Shown: piece by piece, positions 53,644 to 64,000 of the stretch | How the letters are laid out: each line of letters starts with the position of its first letter | Numbering within the stretch: position 1 is the first letter of the stretch | DNA from: the human T2T-CHM13v2.0 reference genome, Homo sapiens | Direction: 5' to 3' (one strand) | DNA: 64,000 bases | Assembly: GCF_009914755.1 (NCBI RefSeq) | Contig: NC_060931.1 | The notes under the pieces: model-generated | Told to the model about the DNA's origin: nothing | The model's input: the letters and a program-made list of their open reading frames with translations, nothing else | Database searches by the model: none | Made by a program: the position numbers and the translations under genes

Positions 53644-53829
53644 CTTTAGCAGATGGTCCCAAAACATACCTGCAGCAACATGGCCAGGCAGACGTGGCTA
53701 AGAGTTTCTTGTGGGAAGCCAGAGATACAGTGATGAATCAGCTCCCACAAGGCTCCCTTTGGGCATTATTTCTATTTTATTTTATTTTTCATCCTATCCT
53801 TACTTTTATTCTTTACAATAAGCCTTAAT

Positions 53830-55065
53830 GATTCCTACATTGATTGATTTCTGAATGTTAAACCAACCTTACATCCTAAGAATAAATCCCACTTGGCTAT
53901 GATATATTATCTTTTTATATATCATTGGATTTGACTTATTAATATTTCGTGTAGGGGTTTTGTGTGTAGGTTTATGAAGAAGATTGGCTGGCAGATTTCC
54001 TTTCTTGCAACAGCTTTGTCAGATGCTGATACCTAGGTTATGCTAGAAGTGGTCCCTCTTTTTCTATCCCCTTGAAGAGTGAGTGTAAGATTGATGTGAT
54101 TTCTTTCTTAAATATTTGGGAGAATTTACTGGAGAAATTTTCTGTGCATTAAGTTGAAAGGTGTTAAATTATGTGTTCAATTAAAAACTTTTTAATTCAA
54201 ATTTCAACTTTCTTCTTGTGTAAGTTTTGGCAAGTTGTATTTTTTCAAAGAGTTTGGCCACTTTATATGTGTGTTTTAAATTTATTGGTATAAAATTGTA
54301 TAATTATATTATCCTCTTATTATCACTTTGAAGTTTGTGAGATCTGTAGTTATGTCTTTGTTTCATTCCTGTGATTGGTAATTTATGTTCTTTCTCTCTT
54401 AACTAGTCTCACTGGGAATTTATCATTTGTGTAATATACTCAAAGAAAACTTTTGGCTTTATGTTTGTTTTCTATTTCATTGACCTCTGCTCTTATTTTT
54501 ATTATTTTCTTCATTCTATTCTCTCTGAGTTTAATTTGCTATTATTTTCTAGTTTACTGATTCTCAGCCTTCTTCTTTTGTAATATGTTTTAAAGCTGCA
54601 AATTTCTCTGTAAGTAATGTTTTGTCTGTATTCCGTAAGTTAATACGTTACATATTCGTATAACTTAGTTAATATATTTTCTAATTCCCATCGTGGTTTC
54701 TTTTTTTTTTTTAACCCATGGGTTATTTAGGCATGTACTACTAATTTCATACATTTAGGGTTTTTTTTGTTTATATTTATATATATATTATATATATTGT
54801 TTATTTAATTGTTTATATATGTATTATTCTTTATGATTGCAATCCTTTGATATTTGCTGAGATTTCCTTCTAGTATATAGTTAAAGCCTATCTCTGATAA
54901 ACAGCATGTATTTGGAACTTTAAATCCAGTCGATAATTTTTTATTCTAGTTGGAATAATTATGGCATTTATATTTTCTTTTTACTCGAATAACTTCCTTT
55001 AGTATTTTTTTTTAGCAGGTATGTTAAATTTTTTTTTCTAGTTTTTATTTGGAAATGTCTTTGGT
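53830..55065 (-). mobile_element. Old L1M fragments
   Basis: AT-rich; AACCAACCTTACATCCTAAGAATAAATCCCACTTGG...TTTTCTATTTCATTGACCTCTGCTCTTATTTTTATTATTT. Confidence 0.7.
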
Positions 55066-55068
55066 TTG

Positions 55069-55320
55069 CTTTTTTTTTTTTGGAGACAGGGTCTCATTCT
55101 GTCACCTAGGATGGAGCACAGTGGCGCAATCACAACTCACTGCAGCCTTGACCTTCCACGCTCAGGCAATCCTCCCACCTTAGCTTCCTAAGTACGTGGG
55201 ACCACAGATGCACTTATTTCCACACACCTGGCTAATATTTTGTATTTTTTGTAGAGACGGGGTTTTGTTATGTTGCCCAGGCTGGTTGTGAACTCCTGGG
55301 CTCAAGCCAGCCTCCCATCG
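55069..55320 (-). mobile_element. AluJ-like element
   Basis: polyT-GGAGACAGGGTCTCATTCTGTCACC...GAACTCCTGGGCTCAAG. Confidence 0.85.
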
Positions 55321-57244
55321 TGGGCCCAGGGCAGGTATTCTCATATAATACATGGTGGGGAGGGGCTGCCCGTGGAAGAGCAGCCCACTTCTAAGAGGAA
55401 AAAGGGTAAAGCTGAGCCTAAATGCCTTTTATTTTTTATGGAATTTATCAGTCATATAATTCACACTTCCTCCGTTAGGGTGGAGTGATTAAAGAGGGGA
55501 AGAATGGCCAGGTGGGCCAGACCAGCAGAGCCTTCTTCAAACTTCTAGAAAACACTGGGAGTTGAGAAAAAGCATCCTTCAACCCAGCAATTATTATCCC
55601 CATTTCACAGATGAGGAAACTGAGGCACAGAGAATCCAAGGAACCTGACAAGGTTCTGGGTGGGTGCAGATCCAAGGGCACACAGACTGGCAAATGGAAT
55701 ATGGGCTGGATTTCAGCTCTCTCTCACTGCCTCAGCGAGGCGTCTTTGTGTAGTGCACATACTACACAACTCTACACAGTGCTCTTGATTTGAAACCAGG
55801 GCCAAAGTAATCCCAATGGTAAATATATCTGCATCCCCTGCCCTTCCCAACTCCCCTCCATCAGTGCCCCCTTCCCCTTGTTTTTTGTTTAATTCAGTTT
55901 GGTAAACATGGGTCTCAGTCCTAGTGTGTACCAGGTCCTGTGAGTTCTTCAAGGGGAGACACACATGTGCACATATAATTCTTCTAAAGCGTGGGAAAGT
56001 GCAGTGAGATGGCATCAGAGCTGGCCATATGCACAGAGCCAGCTCCACCGCTCTGTCCTAAGGAAGCTGGAGGAGAGGGAGCTACTTGGGGCCCTTTTTG
56101 GGCCTCCAAACATCAGGTTCAGGAAAATCCATGGAAGTCACACCTAGGGGCACAGGTGGGGTTAGGGGGCAGGTGGAGGATGCAACCTGCTGAGATGTTA
56201 GGCGGTGTGAGTATCTGTGCAGTCAGGCCCTCCTAACTCTGACACTCCTCAGATCTGACTCCGGGAGCTGAAGGGACTATTTTCTGGTTTATTTTTTGTT
56301 TTTCTTCTGTGCCCTTTGATATCAAGAGATGCTTGGAAAATATGTCACCTGGACTCCCATTGTGGGGGTTGTGGCTGTTTGGGGCCACCTGTCACTTGTC
56401 GCTGGCTTGTCAGGGCTGCCCTTGTTGGGTTCCTCTCACCATCACTCAGAACCATGGGGACTCTGGCCCTGACTGGGCAGTCCTCTAACCCTCGTCTCTC
56501 TCTCCCTCTCGCTAGAGTGCTGTGTTGCGGGCGGGGGCCTTTCTCTACACATTTGTGGCTCTTGCTGTCACCCACACACCTGACCTGAGTAGACCCTCAG
56601 GAAACTTCAGATGTAGTACGGAGCATGGGAGAGGAAATTTTTACTTACAACCCCCCAGGGCTAGGTCTTCCAAGCCTCTTGGCTCCTCAGGGGCACTTTG
56701 TGAAGGTGGGTTCTTTGGAGGCACCTCACTTGTGTTGCTCACAGCCCTCCGTTGGGGTGTGCTGGCCTGTCATTTGTCTGAGGGCCCCTCAGAGTGAGTT
56801 TCTGGACCTGCAGATGGCCACATGGACACTCCTACAGTTGGCTTTCTGCAGATTAACTCAAAACACACCATGCTGGGCATCTAGCAATAGGTGTAGGCAT
56901 AGGCTGCACAAGTTCCAGCCACTTACTTGCTCAGTCAGCTTCAGAAACCTGGGTGTAACTGTGGTCATGAATTGAGAAGAGTTTTATCCTCCCTTAGGAA
57001 TTCAACCCACAGCAGTTGCCACAGCACTGACATCTAAGGGTCAGGGCTGGTGAGCAAATGTGTGCCCTGTCACATGGCTTCAACCATGGAGCCGTGGGAT
57101 CCAGGGGTACCAAGATATGAAGGCCTATGGTATAAATGAGGGTTCTGAGGCCCAGAGAGGGGCACAGACCTCTCCAGGGTCACACAGGCCATCAGGGTCA
57201 GGGACCAGATGACCTGACAGTATAGGCAAATAGAGGGGTGCATG

Positions 57245-57742
57245 TGTTTCCTGTTGCTGGTGTAGCATTACCATAAGCTTAGTGGCTTGAGGACAAACAC
57301 AGATTGATGGTTCTGGAGGTCAGAGGTCTGAAGGATGTCTCACTGGTCTGCAATCCAGGTGTCAGCAGGCTGCATTCCTTCTGGAGCCTCTAGGGGAGAA
57401 TCTGTTTCTTTGCCTTTTCCAGGTTTAAGAGGCCACCTGAATTCCTTGGCTCCCTTCCTTCACCTTTGAAGCCAGTGACGTTGGCTGAATCCTGCTCAGG
57501 CTGCCTTCTTTCTGCTTTTCCCCTTCCTGCTCCCTCTTCTGCTTTTGAGGACCTTTGTGATTACCTTGGACCCACCTGGTTGATCCAGAACACTCAGCAT
57601 ATCTCAAGGTCAGCTGATTAGCAACCTTGATTTCATCTGCAACCTTAATCCCCCCTTGCCATGTAACCGAACACATTCAGGGGGTCTGGGATTAGGATGT
57701 GGACATAGTTGAGGGAGGGGGTCATTTTTATGCCTGCCACAG
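57245..57742. mobile_element. MLT1-type MaLR LTR
   Basis: GGTTCTGGAGGTCAGAGGTCTGAA...CTCTAGGGGAGAATCTG...CTGGGATTAGGATGTGGACAT...TGCCTGCCACA. Confidence 0.75.
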
Positions 57743-58624
57743 AGGGCAGCTGTTTGTTGGAGCACTGTACTTTTTTTTTTTTTGTCTCACTATGGTTTTT
57801 AAAATATTCATCTACTCTCTCAATCTCCCTTCTGACCACTCTCAAAAGATTTTTTTGTGTTTTTCACATTTCCCCCTGTCTCACTGTCACATCTGTCTCT
57901 TTTTTATCTGGACCTTGTGTGGAAAAGGCAACAGGAAACCCACAGCCATGCCATCCCCAGAAGCAGCAGGCTTAGGTGAGGGGAGGATGTCTAGCTTTGG
58001 GGCCTGCTGTGGTGAGTCCATGGAGCTTAGGGTCATCATTAATTTCATGAAATGGATTTTGTCCTGGAGAAAGTGAGTATCTTCCCAGAATACAGCCTTG
58101 AAGTATGATATAGTCCATGCAATTGAAGTCTAATTTAGACTTTTAAAAAAGATTTTAAATTAAGCATTTTAAAAAGCAGGGTGGAATACATGCATCTTTA
58201 GGACTTGTTTACATTCTTAACTTCATAGACTGTCAGTGCTGGAAAGATCCTTAGAATCCAAACCCTTTATTTGGCAGGCGGGGAAAATAGAGCCCCAGAG
58301 AACAGAAAGGAAATGACTCACTTGAGCTTTTGCAGGTGTAGCAAAGTTTTTTTCATAAACTCTGTTTTCCCTTGTAGTTAATGTTTAAAGCTTTCTTTTT
58401 AAATAGGCATGCTCCTCCTGTATTCACTTAAAGCCTCCATCACAGATGTCACTAACCAACATATGATGTCTTGCTCTTCATGTTACAGATCCTTTGGTTT
58501 TGGGTAGACTTGATTTCAGACTCTGAATTCCTGGAGTCATACCCTCAAAAAAAAAAAAAAGACCCTGTCAATTCACAGACATACTCATTTATTCAGTTAA
58601 TTTATTCAACAACTATTTAGCAAG

Positions 58625-58830
58625 GACCAGCAGTATGTTAAAGATGGCTTGTACTGGCTTCGAATGCTGATTTTTAGTGCCCCTTCTTAACTTTGCATTC
58701 AGTGACATCACATTGGTAGCTTGGAATTGGTCATGTTTAGAATATTTATACCATGGAGATTGGCAAATGCAGCAAATCAAGGTCCCCATCCCTGGAGAGC
58801 CAGTTGTTAACATTTACCAGCACACCACCT
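58625..58830. mobile_element. MER63-like hAT element
   Basis: GGTAGCTTGGAATTGGTCATG...GAGAGCCAGTTGTTAACATTTACCAGCACACCAC. Confidence 0.6.
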
Positions 58831-59554
58831 GCGATGGCCTACTGTGTGCCAGACCCACCAGCCAGTCAGCTGTGAACAAAGCAGATTGAGTCCCTGCCCT
58901 CTTGGATCTTCCACTTCCAGTGAGACGAGGCAGCCCACAATAACACCAAAACAAGGAAATATATAACATATCTGAGGATTACAAGTGCTAAGGGGAAAAA
59001 TAAATCATGGAAGAGTGACAGGGAGCCCTGGGGACAGAGCTGCTATTTTATAAAGAGGTAGCCAGGAAAACCTACCAGAGAGGGTTACACTTGAGAGGAG
59101 GCCAGAAAGGAGACAGGGAACTTGCACTTTGATCTCTGGACGCAAATGCCGACAGCAGTTGTGCACAGGCCCTGCAGTGGGAGCATGTTACTGATTGAGG
59201 CTGGACTACATGAGGGAGAGAGGAAAAAAAGCAAGAAAGGAAGCAAGGGCTTGGTCATGTGGGGCCTGGAAGCTGCTGAATGCATTGGCTTTTACTTTGG
59301 ATACTCCCGCATCTAGGAGATATGGGAGCCTTTGGAGGTCGAGCAGAGACATGCTGTGATCTCACTTGTGTTTTAATAGGGTCCCTCTGGCTGCTGTGTT
59401 GAATAGATTCAAGTGTGGAAGGAGGAAGGCAAGTGTGGAGGCAGGGAGACCAGTTAGGCAACTGCAGTAGTAGAAGAGAGCTGGTGGTGGCTTGCATCAG
59501 GGAAATGGCAGTGAAGGTGGTGAGACATGGGCTAGAATATGGGTGTATACATAC

Positions 59555-59955
59555 ATACAGACATACATCAGCAGGGCTATGTTCTGAGAAGTGCATTTTC
59601 AGAAGCGCATCCACATCTGTGGGCCCCTGGAGGCACTGAAGGACCTGGGAGAGTTTGGGGTGCACCTGTCTCTCTCCTCGAGACTGCTGAAGTGGAAACA
59701 TCATAGAGTGTACTTACACTGACCTGGATGGTGCAGCCTACTACACACCTAGGCTAAATGGCTTAGCCTGTTGCTCCTAGTATACACACCTGGACAGCAT
59801 GTTGCCGTATTGAATGCTATAGGCCATTGTAACACAATGGGAAGTATTTGTTTATCTAAACACATCTAAATTTAGGAAAGGTACAGTAACAATATGATAC
59901 TATAATCTTATGGAACCACTGTGATATATGTGGTCTGATATTGACCGAAACCACA
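59555..59955. mobile_element. Tigger3-like fragment within L2
   Basis: GTTCTGAGAAGTGCAT...AACATCATAGAGTGTACTTACAC...GCCTACTACACACCTAGGCTA...GAACCACTGTGATATATGTGGTC. Confidence 0.65.
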
Positions 59956-60071
59956 TATCTCATTGGGATTCGTGTATGGATTGGATGTGCTGTGTTAGAG
60001 AAAGAAAGGAGGCAAGGATAACTGCAAAGATTTTGCTGAACAACTGTAAGAGGGGGGTTGCCGTTCCCTGA

Positions 60072-60446
<375 letters not shown>

Positions 60447-61231
60447 CTGCATCTTACTTTCTATCAGGCCAGTGGTGTTTCTTTGTGAACTGGCCTTCCT
60501 GTGGCCTTAGTTCAGGGTCCATGTGCTTGCAGTCCACACATGTGAGCAGTGAGCTGTCCTGTTACTTTTGTGCTGTGACATTTCTCCTCTGGCACTGGGG
60601 TTTTATTGAAGCTGTTTAAGAGGCTTCCACACCAGGACTATTACTAGAGCCCAAGTTAGTAGGGTTGCTCACAGCTACTGTCTAAGGACAGTAAAAGCAA
60701 GTCCCCATCTTGCCTTTATGTCATGCACTTCTTTGTCTTGTGCTTGCAGGTTGCAGTCTGCTGAGCAGACCTCCAGGCCTCTCTGGGCCTCTGTGCTCCT
60801 GTCTGTAAATGAAGGGGTAGGATGGGCTGCTCTGTAATGGCTCCCCAATTCTACCCTCTACACATGCCTAGACCAGACTTCTGACTTCTTTTGTAATCTC
60901 TGAATTACTTTGATTCAGTTGACCTCTCTAAGGCTCATCTTATGTAAATAATGAGCCTGTAAACCAGGGTCCTGTGACTTTGGAGTCCTTCCTAGACTAT
61001 AGGCTCCTCTGAGCACCTGTGGGTATATAGTAAATGGATTTAGGACACAGCAACCTGGAATCACTCCCAGCCCTGAGTATGAGCATCTGTCACTGGAGGC
61101 CTGTTCCAGGCTGTTCCTGGCTGCAGCATTTTGAGCTGAAGGCAGGCTGACTAGGGCAAGGTTAAATTCCACCATCCCTAACCCCTTTGCCTATTACTTG
61201 TTGAATGGTTTCTCAGGTTAGGTTCCTAAGA

Positions 61232-61410
61232 ACAATGGTTCTTAAACTGTGATCTCTGGACTGGCAGCATCTGCATCATCTGGGAACTTTTTAGAAACAG
61301 CTTGTCTGACCCACTGAGTCAGAAGTTTGGGGGTGGAGCCCAGGAATCTGGGTTTTAACAAGCTTTTTAGGTGATGTCATGCGTGTCAAGCTTTGGGAAG
61401 CAATGCCCTA
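61232..61410. mobile_element. MER5A
   Basis: CAATGGTTCTTAAACTGTG...CAGCATCTGCATCATCTGGGAAC...GGGGTGGAGCCCAGGAATCTGGGTTTTAACAAG. Confidence 0.7.
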
Positions 61411-64000
61411 GGGGCCAAGCCTGAGTCAGATTCCGGTACATGTAATTTGTTGGGGGCATGCTCTCAGGAGGAAGTGGGGTGAGGAAAGTGGAACTGGGCA
61501 GGGGAAGGAGCTCAGCAAAGGTGTGAGGGCTAAGGGCTCAGGCTGATCCCCTGGGGAGATGTGGAGCATGAATTGACTCAGAGTTAGTCCCATGTTTAAG
61601 GCAAGGGAGTGAGCTTTTTGTGCCCCTCTTAGTCATTGGCTGTGGGCTGCCCATCCTGGAGTGGGGCGGGCAGTGTGCAACCTCCTAGATGAGTTCGGCA
61701 AAGGACGATTCTCCAGAAAAGGATGCAGCTGTGAGCCCTTAGCAGCTGACATTGACAGCAGCTGGGAAGTATTTACCTGTCTGAGGCAGCTGGGTGGGAC
61801 ACCTGTGGCCTCCATGTCAGTTCTCATGGCTCCTTCTGCATTCACCCAACCCCTAGGTATTACAGTAAAGATAAACTGCAAAGCCTGTCCCTGGATATCA
61901 CCTTAGATGCATTGGATGCCCTGGTGAGATGGGCCAAGCAGGGATCTTTTACAGGTTAGGATACAGACTCCAGAAGGTGAGACTGAAACGAAACTGTTTC
62001 CAGGCTCAGACAGCCTTTCCCATCATGACATGTGCAGCCCTCTGCAAGAGCATCATATTACCCATTACTGGCTTTGTGGCTGGGTCACGTCCTTTTGTCT
62101 TAGTGAGTTCAGAGGTGTCATAGCCCAGGTAGGCACTGGGGATGCCAGTGCATGATATGGTTCCCTGCCTCCAGAAGCCCAGGGTGCACTGGGATGCCCT
62201 GTGTAATTGGGTGCTAAATTGTGGCCCTCACAAAGGAGTGGAAGTTCAGGGAGCAGTTAAGGGACGCTATTGAGGGGGCAGGAGGGCCCTGGGCTTGGAG
62301 AGGCAGTGTTTAATGCAAAAGACTTCCTGGTAAACCAGTAACATTGGAGAAGGAATGGCTGTACTTTTAATTCACAGATCCAGGGGAAGATTAACCTGCC
62401 TTGTTCTGCTGTGGGTCTCTGCAGCCTTGATACAGCCAAGGGCCCAAAGCCTCAGTGTTTCTGCCTTTGCATTGAAACACTCCTCTGACACTGGGGATGC
62501 CTGGCAGTTTTTCAGGTTTTGCAGAAGAATGGACAGTAGATGGCAGCAGATCTTCATCAATCCTCCCAACCCCAGCGATTTAGTCTCGTTGCCCTTGTTG
62601 CATAATTTAATTCAGGGGACATTCACCAGGCCCTACCAGACCTTTCTTAAGCAGTCCAGGGGGAGAGAGACAAGTGCATCCCAAACTCTCCCAGGTCCTC
62701 TAGAGCCTCTGGAGGCCCCCAGATCTGGAGTGAAAGCCACGGGCGCACAGATGCCTCTCTGTGTCCTGAGGGGGAATGAATTGTGCCAGCCGGGACTTGG
62801 AGGAGGCTTACAGAGGATGTGGCATTTGCGGTTCATTGACTGTTCCCTGCTTCTGAGCATCCCAGCTCTGAAAACATCTGCACCTCATGGGATGAGTAAT
62901 GGGGAGAATTTTCATTTTAATTTGTCTTTATGCATTATTTGGACTTCACATCAGACTATTAAGGTTCAAAATCTGACTCTTGAGACACACAATACCTATT
63001 TCCTTTCCAGCATGCCGGTCATCCTGTGTGGATAGTGGCCTGCTTGGGCTCTTGCACTGGTTCAGCCTCACCTTCTTAACCTGTTCTGGGGACCTCTCTT
63101 CTGTGGTGGATACAGCTGTCCTCCACACCTGCCATTGATGCCCGATGCTCAGCCACTTCTCCCCACTTCTCAGCCTGTTGATCACATTTTACCCTATACA
63201 TGTGCCCCCAGTCCACAGTGGAATGCCATTTCTCCTTCTGATTGCTGGCCTCCTGAAAGTAGGCACAGGAGATTAAACATGAGAAACAGCTCCAGTGCAT
63301 GTTACAGGCCACTCTGAGCCCTCCAAAAATGGGGTTGATGACCCCTAAACCTTGTGTGGTTATTATAACCCCAAGGTACCTTCAGTTCCATGGTTTCCAA
63401 GTCTCTGATCTGATGCGTCTGCAGAGGAAAGAGATTTCCCTTGACTCAGATTTCCTTTGAGATCCAGAAAGTGCGGCTAAAGAAGTGAGAGAGTGGCCAC
63501 ACATCCCCCTGGAAGGGAAGATGAGTGATCTTGTATTGTCCATCTGTGGACATCAGCATGGCAGCTCTGAGATCTCCCTTGGACCACACCTGGGCCCTTG
63601 CCAGCTCCATCCTAGGTTCTGAGTCCTGGGATACAGGCTGGGAAGATGTTCCATGCAGGAGAAGTAGCAGCTGTTAGATGGAAGGAAGTTGTTGGGCTCT
63701 GAGATAATATTTGGGAGATGAGTGTGAGAGAGCAGGAGTGGTATTATGGAGAATCTTTCCTGTATTCCTTTTTTTCTCACTCCAAGATGCTTTTGTGCTG
63801 CTCTGTTAGCTATGTTCCAGCAGTTCCTGGCTACCAGAATCCCATATAAAGGCCCACATAGAGGTTAGTAGGACCAGAACAAGGCTGAGTGAGGTGAAGC
63901 ATCTAGGATGCAAAATGTAAGGAGCTACTCACTCTCACAGTTGTTCAGCTGCAGGCTGGACACCTGCATTAACCTGAGAGGGAAGGTCTCTTAAAATTTT

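Noticed and set aside
62355-63035. 226-aa ORF in MINDY4 intron 5
   Set aside because: No similarity to MINDY4 or any family I recognise, and no convincing splice sites.

Overview
Primate genomic DNA, almost certainly human chr7p14.3. It contains the complete three-exon INMT gene (+ strand, CDS 13814-13967, 15394-15601, 17081-17510; 263 aa; Gly219/Cys254 allele). It also contains the CpG-island promoter and first five coding exons of MINDY4/FAM188B (+ strand, from 33143, continuing past the window). The rest is dense in Alu, L1, L2, MIR, LTR and DNA-transposon repeats. Main observation: an unprocessed, inactivated second INMT-family gene lies on the minus strand, head-to-head with INMT. Its exon 1 is at 6953-6798, its exon 3 at 4476-4086, the splice phases are conserved, and exon 2 was not found. 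Its reconstructed protein resembles rodent Inmt/thioether S-methyltransferase (TEMT), as I recall that sequence, more than it resembles the neighbouring human INMT. This suggests human INMT and rodent Inmt are paralogues and that humans lost the TEMT-type copy. Other points: an LTR18-type solo LTR probably supplies INMT's polyA signal; an RFX X-box sits at the MINDY4 start; MINDY4 has a LisH-like N-terminus; there is an intact MER85 and an AluYa-intermediate element. Repeat family names and boundaries were judged by eye and are approximate.
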